Shown one piece after another: positions 22,525 to 33,919 of a stretch of DNA of 36,733 bases; positions within the stretch are counted from its first letter, which is position 1, and each line of letters starts with the position of its first letter. The DNA comes from Chiloscyllium plagiosum. Lineage: Eukaryota. The translations under genes were made by a program, and so were the position numbers. Under the pieces are notes generated by a model. The model was not told where the DNA came from and searched no databases. It was given only the letters and a program-made list of their open reading frames with translations. The stretch is taken from the NCBI RefSeq assembly GCF_004010195.1, contig NC_057720.1, positions 19,730,401-19,767,133 of the forward strand, read 5' to 3'.

Positions 22525-23022
22525 TTAAGTTGTTGTAAGGTGAGAGGGGAGGCATATAAAAGGTTTCAGAGGGCTTTTTTTTTTCACACAGACGGTGGTG
22601 AGTGTTTGGAATGTGCTGCCAGAGGTAGTAGTGAAAGCAAGTACAATTTTGTCATTTAAGAAACATTTGGATAAGTACATGGATGGGATAGTTATGGAGG
22701 AGTCTGGACCACACACAGGCAAATGAGACTAGATTAATTGTGAAAATGAGCTGAAAATGTGTTGCTGGAAAAGTGCAGCAGGTCAGGCAGCATCCAAGGA
22801 GGAGGAGAATGGACGTTTCGGGCATGAGCCCTTCTTCAGGAACCTGCTCCTGCTCCTTGGATGCTGCCTGACCTGCTGCGCTTTTCCAGCAACACATTTT
22901 TAACTCTGATCTCCAGCATTTGCAGTCCTCACTTTCTCCTCCTAATTGTGAAAATGGGCTAGCATGGATAAGTTGGGCCGAAGGGCCTGTTTGCATGCTG
23001 TAAAACTCTACGACTCCATGAC
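22525..23022 (+). mobile_element. CR1 3' fragment interrupted by a PLE fold-back insertion
   Basis: FFTQTVVSVWNVLPEVVV..FKKHLD remnant; tail GGGCCGAAGGGCCTGTTT. Confidence 0.85.
22749..22942. mobile_element. Fold-back PLE-terminus insertion; hammerhead core on - at ~22810-22842
   Basis: TSD TAATTGTGAAAATG at 22735-22748 and 22943-22956; minus strand CTGAAGA-A-GGGC-TCAT-GCCC-GAAAC-GTC, with the first helix I pair apparently broken. Confidence 0.9.
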
Positions 23023-23071
23023 TTAATCTTAAACAATGTGAAATTGTTGGAAAGAGTTTGAATAATCTTAC

Positions 23072-23196
23072 CTGAAAAAAGTGTACTGTTTGCCGTACAT
23101 CCATGGGTGAATTGTTAAACTTTGATATTCTCCAAAGGGTGGGATTATGAGTGAGAAGATTAAAGCTAACAGCACAAAGTTGGCAGGAAGGAGAAA
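23072..23196 (-). CDS. ABCA4: ABCA4 exon ~28 (125 nt): [42 protein letters not shown]
   Basis: ttttaatag|TTT ... TTCAG|gtaaga; first TMD2 helix followed by IPPFGEY and HPW motifs. Confidence 0.97.
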
Positions 23197-23409
23197 CTAT
23201 TAAAAGAAGAGATTTAAATTTAACTTGGTGCTGAATCAATTACAAACCCTTATAGTCAGCAAAGTCAGTTAATGTTTCACAACAGTGAATGTTGCTCTTT
23301 TCACTTTTGAGAATCTTGGCTGTTTGCACCCACTATGATATGCAATATGAAACAAATCTACTGGTCAGCTTTCAGAGTAAATCACAGCACTCACAGCTGT
23401 GTAAGAATC

Positions 23410-23500
23410 AACAACAAAAACTTGCATTTATATAATGCCTTTAACGTAATCCCAAGGTTATTCACAGGAGGGTTATCAATCAACATTTGACATCAAGCCA
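23410..23500 (-). mobile_element. L2-type 3' tail remnant
   Basis: AACTTGCATTTATATAATGCCTTTAACGT..CCCAAGG..TTCACAG; similar remnant at ~26008-26300. Confidence 0.55.
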
Positions 23501-23589
23501 GAGGAAAGTTTAGCTGTGTCAAAGGCAAATGGCATTCAATGAAACGAAATGAGAGATGATGGATTTGTAACTTGGACAAACAATATAAA

Positions 23590-24300
23590 ATAAGGGGCAC
23601 AATACTTAAGGGGATGTAAGAGCAGAGGGACCTGGGTATATATGCATATATTTCACTGAAGGCAGCAGAATTGTTAAAGAGAACTGTTAATAATGCATAC
23701 AATATCTTGGGATTTATTAGTAGTGGCAACAGCAAGGAGGTTATGCTGCATTTATATAAGACACTTGTTAGTATTCAGCTGGATTATAGTGTACATTTTG
23801 GGGCACCAACAGTATAGGATGGATGTGACTGCATTGGAGAGCGTGCAGAAGAGGTTTATGAGAATGACTCCAGAGATTAGATACTTGATTATGAAGATAG
23901 ATCGGAGAGGTTGGATTTGTTCTCCATGGAGAGAAGGCAACTAACGGGAGATCTCATAGAAATTTTTTAAATCGTGAGGGGTCTGGATAGAGTCGATACA
24001 GAGAAGCTCTTCTTGCTTGCAAAATGATCAAGGTTGAGAGGGACAGATTTTAAATGATTTGCAAATGTTGTTGATGTGATGTGAGAAAAACTTCTCCATA
24101 TGATGTATGGTTCAGGTCTGGAATGCACACCCTAGAAGTGTGAGGGAGATAGCGTTAATTGAGGGATTCAAGAGGAAACTGGATGATCATGTGAATAGAA
24201 GCAACGTGCAAGGGTGAATGGAGGAGAAAGGCATCAAGTTGGTGTGTTGTTGCAGATCTGATGGGCTGAATGTCCTCAGCTACTCTGTAACAGTTCTGTG
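23590..24300 (+). mobile_element. Old CR1 3' fragment
   Basis: EQRDLG, EVMLHLYKTLV, DVTALESVQKRFMRM, GDLIEIFKI remnants. Confidence 0.85.
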
Positions 24301-24679
24301 ATATACTGTCCCTGGAGGGGCACTGGAAGGTTGTGTAGACTATATAAAGGTGGAGAACCTGTCACCTTCCCAACTTTTCCCAGTTATGTTCAGGGTGGCT
24401 AGGGTCAAGGATGGCTTCCCACCCAGATGCAAGTGGCAGCAACACATCAGGGGACCTGAAGTGATCACAGCCATCATTTCTGGTAATGCTGAGGGGGTAC
24501 TGGAGAGCTGCCAACATTTGATGCTCTGGGACATGCCATCTGAAGATACCATTCGTCCTGTGGTCAACCAGACAAATGTGTGATTGACATTAAATAAGGT
24601 CACAAGGGCCTGGTGCAGCTAGTGGTCAGGCCCATTAGTGCAACCATTAAATTCTACTGAGAGAATTTCGAGTTTTTTA

Positions 24680-24832
24680 TAACCTTTAAAAAAATATTTG
24701 AATGAGCACCTGAAGTGTTATAACATTTGAGGCTATGGGCCTACTGTGGGAAAACAGGACCAGTGTAAGTAGTGGTGGCATAGACTTGATGGGCCGAAGG
24801 GCCTTTTCTGTCCTATATGATTCTATGATTCA
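24680..24832 (+). mobile_element. CR1 3' tail fragment
   Basis: GGGCCGAAGGGCCTTTTCTG followed by ATGATTCTATGATT. Confidence 0.8.
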
Positions 24833-25156
24833 ATGGGAATTCCAGATTTCTAGGGCTAAGTAACTACAGTCATGGCTGCCCAACAATCAGAGATACCCAA
24901 GAGCCCAGAGCTAAAGGGGTACATGGTGGCACATCAGCTCCAGTGAGTGTTTTCAGCAGGGGAGGGGGAAACTGGCACCCTGTAGTACAGTATGGACAGG
25001 AATTGATCGGAGTAAAAATGGATTGAGGTTTATATTTATTCTTAGCAACATGTGGTGCATTTGGAAGTTACTGCAGTATCCACTTGTTCAAATGAAAAGC
25101 TGACAACTCAGCTAAAGTCAAAGCAGATCAGTGCGGCCTGATATTGTTGATTGTAC

Positions 25157-25446
25157 CTGAGCCAAAAAATCCTTCTGACTGCGAATAGCATGGTTGAATC
25201 TCTTGATAAACAATGCCTTGAACTGTTGTTTGACCAGGTCTGAACCTTGGATCTGCCTGGAGCCTTTGCCATCATGTCCACCGGGTTGGGGGTTGTCAGT
25301 AATGGGGCCAGGAGACTCTGCAGTTGCTGGATCTGTACCTGCTGTCACCGCTTCCCCATTTGGTTTCACCTCAGAAGCAGATGCTTTTCTTTCAGCACTT
25401 TGGCCTTTCTCTGCGGCCTGTCCATTCTGAGAAGCCTCTTTGGATG
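25157..25446 (-). CDS. ABCA4: ABCA4 exon ~27 (290 nt, phase 1 to 0): SKEASQNGQAAEKGQSAERKASASEVKPNGEAVTAGTDPATAESPGPITDNPQPGGHDGKGSRQIQGSDLVKQQFKALFIKRFNHAIRSQKDFLAQ
   Basis: Acceptor tatttag|CA, donor CAG|gtacaa. C-terminal part matches ABCA4 KRFQHTIRSHKDFLAQ; the 5' boundary is less certain because the linker is divergent. Confidence 0.9.
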
Positions 25447-26709
25447 CTAAATAGATTTAAAATGTTCTCAATTATCATAATTATCAACAATATAGTGCCT
25501 TTACCTATAAAGCTTCATCTTATTATTTGATAAATTAAACAATATGAATTTGGAATGAATATGGAATGCAGAAGATCTGTCTCCATTCCTACACTATGGT
25601 ACATATTTTCATAAATCATTGCAATTCACATTCGCTCAGTTCATTGATTTCAAATCTTGTTTCCAATCTATAAATTATTTCAAACCTTTTCACAACCTCC
25701 TCCATTTTCTGCACTTCTCTGAGCCCTCCACTCCCTGAGTCCTGGGTTACTGTGTATCCCTCACTCCCACTCTCCCCTTCATCTCCCGGTCGCTGAAAGT
25801 GCCGCCATTTTAACCCAATGCATTGAAACTTCTCCCTTCTTATCCTTGACCTCTTTTCCTCTCTCCTCTCCTATTGAGCAGATTGTGAAAACATATTCTC
25901 CTGGCTCCAAACTAGCTTTCCTGGATTTTCTTCCGTCAGATTTTCTTGAAATGTCAAAGTATTTGACAGATCCTAGTTATCCTTTTTGACTGTAGGTGAG
26001 GATATTACAACAAATTGCATTTATGTGACATTCCCTAAACTTGAAGCACTTCACAGTAGTGTAGGCCACAAAAGGTGACACTGAGCTACTTAGTGACATT
26101 AGAACAAGCCATCAAGAATTTGTATATGAGTTAGGAACTACAGTAGCCTCAAACCTGCTTTGCCGAGGTTTGTCCAAGAGGTTTGATTAAAGGACAACTC
26201 TCCAAGTAGGACAGAGACAAAGAAGTGGAGGGATCAAATTCCAGGGCCCAGTTACCTGATAGCTCAGTGAAGGAAATTGGGAATGGCCAGAAATGTCGCA
26301 AAGTAGGATTAGAATTAGAATTAACTTTGCTATCACATACACTCACAGGAGTACGGTGAAAAGTTTATAAAGTCGCCACTTATGACACTGTCTTAGGTAC
26401 AAAGGTGCCTAGATATAGATTCTTGGAGGAATAAATTACAAAAATAAAGAAATAAAATGTCCAGAATAGTGTTGGTCGAGACAGCAGAATAAAAATGGAG
26501 AAACTTAGTCTGAAGTGTTTGGCTTCCCAAGTATTCTGCTTTTCGTCTGGTTTTTGGAAAGGTTATAACCAGAATGCTGATTGCATGAGGATATCAGATG
26601 ATAATTTATTTAGGCTGTTATTAGGAAGTGATGGTTCCGTGAACTATGTATACACTGTCAGCCATGGACAGCCCTTATATACAATTAAAGCTTTCAATAC
26701 CTAAAATGT

Positions 26710-27915
26710 GGAGAAGGTGAGGACTGCAGATGCAGAAGATCAGAGTCAAAAAGTGTGGTGCTGGAAAAGCACAGCCGGTCAGGCAGCATCTGAGGAGCAG
26801 GAGAGACTACGTTTTGAGCATAAGCCCTTCATCAGAATGAGGGGGTGGTGCTCAAGGGAGCTGAGAGATAAATGGCTGGGAGGTGGGGCTGGGGGAAAGG
26901 TAGCTAGGAATGCAATAGGGAGATGAAGCTGGGAGGTGATGGTGATAGGTTGGAGTGGAGGGTGGAGCGGATAGGTGGGAAGGAAGATGGACAGGTAGAC
27001 AGTTTAAGAGGTGGTGCCGAGTTGGAGGGTTGGATCTGGGATAAGGTGTGGAGGGGAAATGAGGAATCTGGAGTAATTGACATTGATTCCATGTGGTTGG
27101 AGGGCCCCAAAGCGGAAGATGAGGCATTCTTCTTCCAGGCGTTGGGTGGCTAGAGTATGGTGGTGGAGAAGGCCCAGGATTTGCTTGTCCTTGGCAGAGT
27201 GGGAGGGAGCTGAAGTGTTTGGCCACAGGACGGTGGGGTTCTTTAGTGCGTGTGCCCCAGAGATGTTCTCTGAAACGTTCCACAAGTTGGTGACCTGTCT
27301 CCTAGTGTAGAGGAGACCACATCGATAGCAATGGACACAGTAGATGATGTGTGTGGAAGTACAGGTAAATCTCGGTCAGATGTGGAAGGATCCTTTGGGG
27401 CCTTGGATGGAGGTGAGGGGAGAAGTGTGGGTGCAGGTTTTACATCTCTTGTGTTGGCTAGGGAAGGTGCTGGAAGTGGAGGGTAGGTTAGTGGGAGGTG
27501 TGGACCTAACAAGGGAGTTGCGGAGGGAATGGTCTCTGCAGAATGCAGATAGGGGTGGGGAGGGAAATATATCCCAAGTGGTGGGGTTTGTTTGTAGGTG
27601 GCGGAAATGGCAGAGGATGATGCAATGTATCCGGAGGTTGGTTGAATGGAAGGTGAGGGTGGTGGGTTCAAAGGCAGAGGTGTGGAATGTGGGGGAGATG
27701 CGCTGGAAGGCATTGTTGACCACATGGGAGGGGAAATTGCGGTTCTTGAAGAAGGAGGCCATATGGCGGAATTGGTCCTCTTGGGAGCAGATGTAGCGGA
27801 GGTGGAGGAATTGAGAGTAAAAGATAGCATTTTTACAGGAGGCAGGGTGGGAGGAGGTGTAGTCCAGATAGCTGTGGGAGTTGATGGGTTTGAAGACTAC
27901 TTTTCCAGCACCATA
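26710..27915 (-). mobile_element. 5'-truncated Penelope-like retroelement: RT C-terminal end, GIY-YIG endonuclease, 3' terminus
   Basis: MASFFKNRNFP, PPLSAF.RD.SLRNSLVRS, KRCKTC, RFTCTSTHIIYCVHCYRCGLLYTR (degenerate GIY-YIG), RFREHL, VAKHF, LQPHGIN; TSD CTAAAATGT at 26701-26709 and 27916-27924; short inverted terminus piece at ~27900-27913; hammerhead decayed (GAAA to AAAA). Confidence 0.92.
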
Positions 27916-28741
27916 CTAAAATGTTGAAATTAATTCACACAAAATGCTCACCCTAAACCATGAGAATTGATGCCAAAACCTTGGAAGGAATGAGAATTTA
28001 TTTGAAATTTGAAGCAAATGTTACTTTTTCAGGAAGGCACTGATTCTACTATTTTAAGTCAAATTAAAACTATGGGATTCAGAATCTCAGCAGAAACTGA
28101 CGTATCCAGGTGGAATAATGAAGAGAAGGCCCACAGCAATATTCACTGGGATATGAGGAAAATCCAGAAACTGTTGTCTTTGAAACTGTGGTGTCTGAAA
28201 TGTATATAAAATGGCAAAACAAAGCCTGAGGTCTGAATCTTACATTTTTGGTTAATATCAAGTTGCACTGAGTTTTTTTAAGAGTGACTCTCGGTGCAAG
28301 GCCTGGCGAGTTTTATCTTAGCAAATTTGCCTCGTTAATTGCCTATCCCATACAGCTTCTCTTATGTTCAAATTCTGCCCCATCATTCCGTATGCTGATC
28401 CTGGAACAACACAGCATTAAGTGGATATCTACCAAGAAACAGCCACAGCACTCGCATGCAAGCCATCTGAAAAGCCTGGATAGACACTGGTATTCTGAAT
28501 CTGCCCTGCTCAGTCAAAGAAAGAGTCTGAGGAGAATATGGCTCCGCAATTCTCTAATAAGCTCCATCACTAATTGGATTGCATCTTTGCCCAGAACTTG
28601 CAGCCCCCAGTCCTGTAAGCTAAAGCACTGTGTCAACATTCTGACCCCCATCATCATATGCCCTTAGTTTCTAAGGATAGACTCAATAATCTGTGGCACA
28701 CATCCCCTTGACCAACATGACGGGACAGCGCCAGAGAAGAC

Positions 28742-28964
28742 TTAGGCAGAAGTGGGTACTGCAGATGCTGGAGATTTGAGTCAAGATTAGAGTGGTGATG
28801 GAAAAACACAGCAGGTCAGGAAGCATCCGAGGAGCAGGAAAATCGACGTTTCGGGCAAAAGCCCTTCATCCTGATGAACAGCTTTTGCCTGAAACGTCGA
28901 TTTTCCTGCTCCTCGGATGCTGCCTGACCTGCTGTGCTTTTCCAGCACCACTCTATTCTTGACC
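28742..28964. mobile_element. Fold-back PLE-terminus insertion (stem about 90 bp) folded at the hammerhead core
   Basis: TSD CCAGAGAAGAC at 28731-28741 and 28965-28975; centre TTCATC-CT-GATGAA at 28865-28878. Confidence 0.9.
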
Positions 28965-29504
28965 CCAGAGAAGACATGCCCAGCCCACTGACCACTCCCC
29001 GACTGCAATAGCTCTGCTCCTGGACTGGCCACTACAGAGCTAATGGATTTCTCAACAAAGAACCCTCTGACTGAGAAATCACCTCCCCCACAACAGGACA
29101 CCAGACTGTAGCCAATCTCCTGGTCTGGTATCGGACACTGCCCCCAACTTACTGCACCAGGATCCCCTGATTGATGGGTGGTGCCATCATTTTCACTAAG
29201 GACTGCTCTCCCAACACTTTGGGACATGGCTGTGTGCTTACTGCAGGTGCACTGTGTTAGCCACGCAAGTTGCTAGCAGATGGCGGAAGAGTGAGATTGG
29301 ACAGCAGTGTGTTACATCTACAAGATGTGCAGACCCTAGACTGAGAGCTGCTCAGCAGAAAGGCAAGCTGCCTGTGGTTGTGACTGCACTAAATGGCAAG
29401 GCAAGGCTAGGCAGGGAAGCTAGGAGCATGCAGGTTGGTGAGTGAGTGCTACGACAGAAAGTGAGCTACCCTGAGCTGCAGCCTGGTCCAGTCTGAAAAC
29501 AGGT

Positions 29505-29699
29505 TATGCAGGTCAAGTGGATTGGCCATGCTAAATTGCCCAGAATGTCCAGGGATGTGCAGGCTAGGTGGTCTGGCCATGGGAAATGCAGGGTTACAGG
29601 GATGGGGGTGGGTGAGTTTGGGTGGGATGCTCTTTGGAGGGTTTGTGTGGATTCGATGGGCTGAATGGTCTGCTTCCACACTGTAGGGATTCTATGATT
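29505..29699 (+). mobile_element. HE1-type SINE 3' half
   Basis: GGATTGGCCATGCTAAATTGCCC ... GGGCTGAATGGTCTGCTTCCACACTGTAGGGATTCTATGATT. Confidence 0.85.
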
Positions 29700-30251
29700 T
29701 CCTTGTCAAATTTTCCCAACATGGAGCTTGTCTGGTGAATTGAGTGGGGAGATGAGTTGGGAGGCTGATTATGAATGTAGGCTGTCAACCAGCATTAATC
29801 CCTGTCAATTAGTAGCTTACTGGGCACCAGTTAGAATCTCCCTACACTGCTTGTGGAAAGCGTAAAAGATGGAGTGAGATGATCTCGACATTGAGATGGA
29901 CGCTGCTTATCAAAATCTGCCACACATCTCACCACAGCCCACACCACTCAGACCCTGACTAGATTCCACCCAGGCGTAATAAACCCAGGGAGCTGCTTCA
30001 AATTAAATGGTGACCACAGGAGAAAGGTTCAGTTGGAAAAAGATTCATTTGGAATTAATATCAGAATTAAGAGGGTGGTGAGAGTAAACATGGTGGAAAT
30101 GTTCAATTACTGTAATTGGAAAGATGGTTTCTTCTGGCTGGTTGAGCTATGATGACCCAAATGGTCTTCATCATCCATGTTTACTTGTGACTTAATAACA
30201 ACATTGGAGCAGGCCACTCTATAATGATCATCAATAACAGAATGAAATTGA

Positions 30252-30397
30252 CAGTGAATGTTGCTGAACCGAAGCACGTATTGTCAAAATCTTTCATCCT
30301 GCAGTTACCTGGACAAAGCCAAGAATGCTGCTTCTCAAACAGGCACGATGGACAAAACTCTTTGACAACATGGTACTTTTTCAGCAATATTCAATTT
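30252..30397. repeat. Old palindromic element, homologous to ~9800-9876
   Basis: Arms TGAATGTTGCTGAA..TTGTCAAA / TTTGACAA..TTCAGCAATATTCA; reverse complement of 30281-30327 aligns to 9804-9849. Confidence 0.6.
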
Positions 30398-30689
30398 CTG
30401 CACTTCCAAATGAAAGCAGACAATTCAGTATTAAGCGGGAATGTGCTTTGTACAAAAGTATTCCTTCCCCTCTAATCATCAGTTTAGATTTTGAAATTAC
30501 ATTTCAACATAATTACATTTGCAAGCTACCAATAATGCTATTTTGTGATTCCATGTAAATATGTATCTGGCAGCCTAATAATTAAATGTAAATATAATTA
30601 CGCAACTTCTCATCAATGAGACATCACTGCTCCACAACTCTTTTGTTCTTCTGTTTAACTTGACTATAATTTAAAGGCATCTTCTGTAC

Positions 30690-30740
30690 CAGACGTTTTG
30701 AAATGAATGTTTTCTGCAGGATGATGATGAGAGGGTATTC
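30690..30740 (-). CDS. Weak candidate ABCA4 cassette exon (51 nt, phase 1 to 1): (G)IPSHHHPAENIHFKTS
   Basis: ccacaacag|GA ... TCTG|gtacag; open and in phase, but splice signals are modest and this could be chance. Confidence 0.25.
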
Positions 30741-31059
30741 CTGTTGTGGCATGGAGTTGTAGGTAGTGATTAAAGAACAGCCACTCCCTGCCCGATGGCT
30801 CAGCAGGTTTATTCAGGGAAAAACTGAGGCAGAAACACTGGGAAAGGCTGGTGCTTGCACTGAGCTAATGTAGCTCATCTGAGTGAAAGTGATAATACCC
30901 TCAACCACCACAAGAGATGTTGGATTATGGAGGAGGAAAAAATAAAAAGCAGCCTCATCATTACCCAATTAACCCTTGCTGGAAATGCCCAAGTCTGGGC
31001 ATTAGTCTAATGACCTTTAATGCTCAAATATTTATCACAAAGAATCAAATATGAATATT

Positions 31060-31147
31060 CCCCAGATTAGAGTGGTGCTGGAAAAGAACAGCAGGTCAGG
31101 CAGCATCACAGGACCAGGAAAATCAATGTTTTGGGCAAAAGACCTTC
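31060..31147 (-). mobile_element. Solo PLE-terminus insertion, decayed, truncated within the hammerhead core
   Basis: TSD ATGAATATT at 31051-31059 and 31148-31156; homologous to ~28784-28868. Confidence 0.85.
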
Positions 31148-31689
31148 ATGAATATTGTCCACTTGAGCAAAACCATTGGATTCTTAGTCCCTTGTGAAGC
31201 TAGGTTGCATTACAAGTTTCAATAGAAGAGCAGAAGATGGATGATTGGTGGAGAATAAAGGGTGTGTCTGGTGGAACTCTTCACTGTAGTTATAGACCAG
31301 AAGTAGCCTTGACATCATTGCATCACCCCTTCAGCGACACAGTTCAGGTTGGGGTCCATAATTTGGACCCCAACCTGAATTTTCTCATGGGTTCTGGAGT
31401 TCCATTGTTGGAATCCAATGGGGGTTCTGCGGCCCGCAAACAAGGGTTGTACTCTACTCCTAATTGGCTACCTCCATGTTTGCCAGGCCCAATCAGAGGG
31501 CTCAATTAGGGGCACCTCTGCAGTTTCATCAGCCCCAGGTGAGGTGGGTACTGCTGAAGTGTGTGGACGTAAATAAAAATCAATCAGCGCTGAAGCTGCT
31601 GGGCTGTTTGGGAGTGAACAGGCCGGGAGTGGGGCCTTTCTGTCCATGGGGCACAGAGTCTCAATCACTGTCAGGTCACCTCCATTTGG

Positions 31690-32445
31690 CAGGAAGAGTA
31701 GAGGAGATGAATATTATTTAAATGGAGAAAGATTGCAGAAAGCTACGGAACAGAGGGATTCGGGAGTCCTCATGCATGAATCACAAAAAGATAGCATCCA
31801 ATAGGGTAATAGGGAAGGCAAATGGAACGTTGGACTTTATTTCAAAGGGAACAGGGTATAAAAGGTTTTGTAAAACAATGGAAGCCATTAGTCAGACCAA
31901 AGCTGGAATAATGTGAATGGTTTTAAGCCCCTTATCTAAGGATTCAAGACATTAGAGACAGTGCACAGAAGGTTGACTAGATTTTTTCTGGGCATTAAGG
32001 GTCTGTCTCATGAGGAGAGGTTGAGTAGATTGGGCCTGCACTTGTCAGGTTTTAGAAAAATGAAATGTGACCTTATTGAAACATAGAAGATTCTTAGGGA
32101 ACTTGACAAGGTAGATACCGAAAAATTGTCTCGCCCTATGGGAGAGTCTATGATCAGAGGGCATTAACTCAGAATACAGGGTTGCACATTTAAATCAAAG
32201 ATGAGGAGGGAATTCTTTTCTCAAAGGATTATGAATCTATGGATTATTTTTTACCACGAAGGGCTGTAGAGGTTGGGTCATTAAATATATTTAAGGCTAA
32301 AACTGACAGATTTTTAATCAGTAAAGGAATCAAGGATTATGAGGAAAAAACAGGAATGTGGTGTTGAAGGTTATCAGATTAGCCACGATCTCAATGAATG
32401 AAGGATCAGGTGCAATAGGCCAAATGGCCTACTGCTGTCCTATGC
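31690..32445 (+). mobile_element. Old CR1 3' fragment
   Basis: YYLNGERLQK, VIGKANGTL.FISKG, LS.EERLSRLGL, DLIET remnants; 3' UTR GGCCAAATGGCCTACTGCTG. Confidence 0.85.
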
Positions 32446-32508
32446 CTCATCAGGTGGTTTTGTCGGTGGCTGCCAAGGTGACCCGAATTAGGCCTAAACC
32501 ATGTGAAT

Positions 32509-32628
32509 TCCTGATGAAGGGCTTTTGCCCAAAACATTGATTCTCCGGCTCCTTGGATGCTGCCCGACCAGCTGTGCTTTTCCAGCACCATACTCTGATT
32601 TCCGGCATCTGTAGTCCTCACTTTCTCT
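32509..32628 (+). mobile_element. Solo PLE-terminus insertion with CpG-decayed hammerhead
   Basis: TSD ATGTGAAT at 32501-32508 and 32629-32636; CTGATGA-A-GGGC-TTTT-GCCC-AAAAC-ATT. Confidence 0.88.
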
Positions 32629-33838
32629 ATGTGAATCAGCTGCCAACCTCCATAGAGTGGGTACCACTGGGAAATATCCCTGGTGTTGGAAATGAGTTAA
32701 GGGGCTGGCCTGATGTAGTGCCCCACTTACAAGCCTTGGCCACAAGGCCTAGAAAATATAGCCCTGTGTATTTACAGTTTTAAATATAGACAGTTATTAA
32801 ATGGACAAGAATTGTTTACCTAGTGATTTTGTAAGTTTTTAGAAGTCATTCCATTGAAGTTTGAATTAGTACCCTTTACTAGTTAGATAATTGTGCCCTT
32901 CCATCACGATACTGATGTACTGAATAAAGACTACAGCAATTTGGCAACAAATGATCCAACTGTTGGTATTTTGTCCTTTGAAGTAAACATTGAAGGGTTT
33001 TTTTAAGCTTGCAGACCAAATTCCAAAGAAGTAGAGATTAGCAGCCACATTATTAATGTGGAAGTTATTAAATTTAATGCCCCATAATTGTTCTTTTAAA
33101 ATTCGGTCAGTAGTTTCAAAGGGCCTTTACTGTGGTGGTGGAAGGGGGAGGTGGAAAGAATCACATTCTTAATGGATTTCATTACGAAGAGATTGGTTTA
33201 TTTTGTAGTCGGGTCAGAGATCTGGGAACAGCAGTGTTTGTGTATGTGTTGCAATGACTTTTGAACTGGTGCCCTGGTTTCTCTCAAAGATAGTGTCAGG
33301 AATTGAGTTCAAAGGGTGAAAGCAGAAACGTCAACAATTAAAATGGGAACTTCAAAAAAAGTCAATCTGCATGCTGAATCCGAATGCAATTCCTTATTTA
33401 TGGTTTGTTTGTGACATTGCAATTGAATATGTAATTACTGTAGCTTTATAAACTTCTGTGGGGTGGGACTGACTTAATTTGCAAGACTAAAAGTGGTATC
33501 TTGTGACAGAAGAGTATACGATTAAACAAATAGACCTGAAAAAAAATCAATGCTTGCAAATTTACAGAAATGGACTGGAAAAGGACAAAGGATATTAATA
33601 TATAGAATTGTACCATAGAATGATTACAGCACAGAAAGTGGCTGTTTGGTCCATTATAAGCCCAAAGGTCAATTAGAAATGAAGTCTTCAATAAAATTGG
33701 ATAGTGAAAGAAAGGGTCATTCAGGGTACATATTTTTGGATAATGGTTGTCTCATGTTCTCACCAAACACGGATGTGGAATTGTATGTCTTATTGTCGAA
33801 TTAAGAGCCAAAAGATTAGAATGTTCCTTTATGCTCAC

Positions 33839-33919
33839 CATTGTTAGCATCAATGTTGACAACTGTTGCCTTGTGTTCCTCTTTAAGGCCTGCTTCTGAC
33901 TTTCTTAGTAACAGACAGC
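33839..33919 (-). CDS. ABCA4: Candidate additional ABCA4 linker exon (81 nt, phase 1 to 1): (G)CLLLRKSEAGLKEEHKATVVNIDANN
   Basis: Long pyrimidine tract ending ctttgcaaag|GC, strong donor AATG|gtgagc, open and frame-preserving in the phase the 25157-25446 exon requires. Not repeat-like. No transcript evidence. Confidence 0.6.

Larger units (their letters stand above)
3788..25446 (-). other. ABCA4: ABCA4 gene, partial span (exons equivalent to human 27-40); gene continues beyond both window ends
   Basis: 14 exons with GT-AG boundaries, consistent phases and one open frame. Peptides match ABCA4 rather than ABCA1 ([66 protein letters not shown]). Exon sizes 125/99/95/33/106/75/170/178/116/148/124/130 equal the recalled human ABCA4 sizes. 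Confidence 0.95.

Noticed and set aside
3788..25446. ABCA1 or ABCA7 as gene identity
   Set aside because: The linker has an ABCA1-like DGKGS motif, but diagnostic peptides and the 148-nt exon ending ENNR favour ABCA4.
32820..32878. Minus-strand AG/GT-bounded segment with gtaaac donor
   Set aside because: Not frame-preserving, and stops occur in the frames compatible with the neighbouring phase-1 exons.
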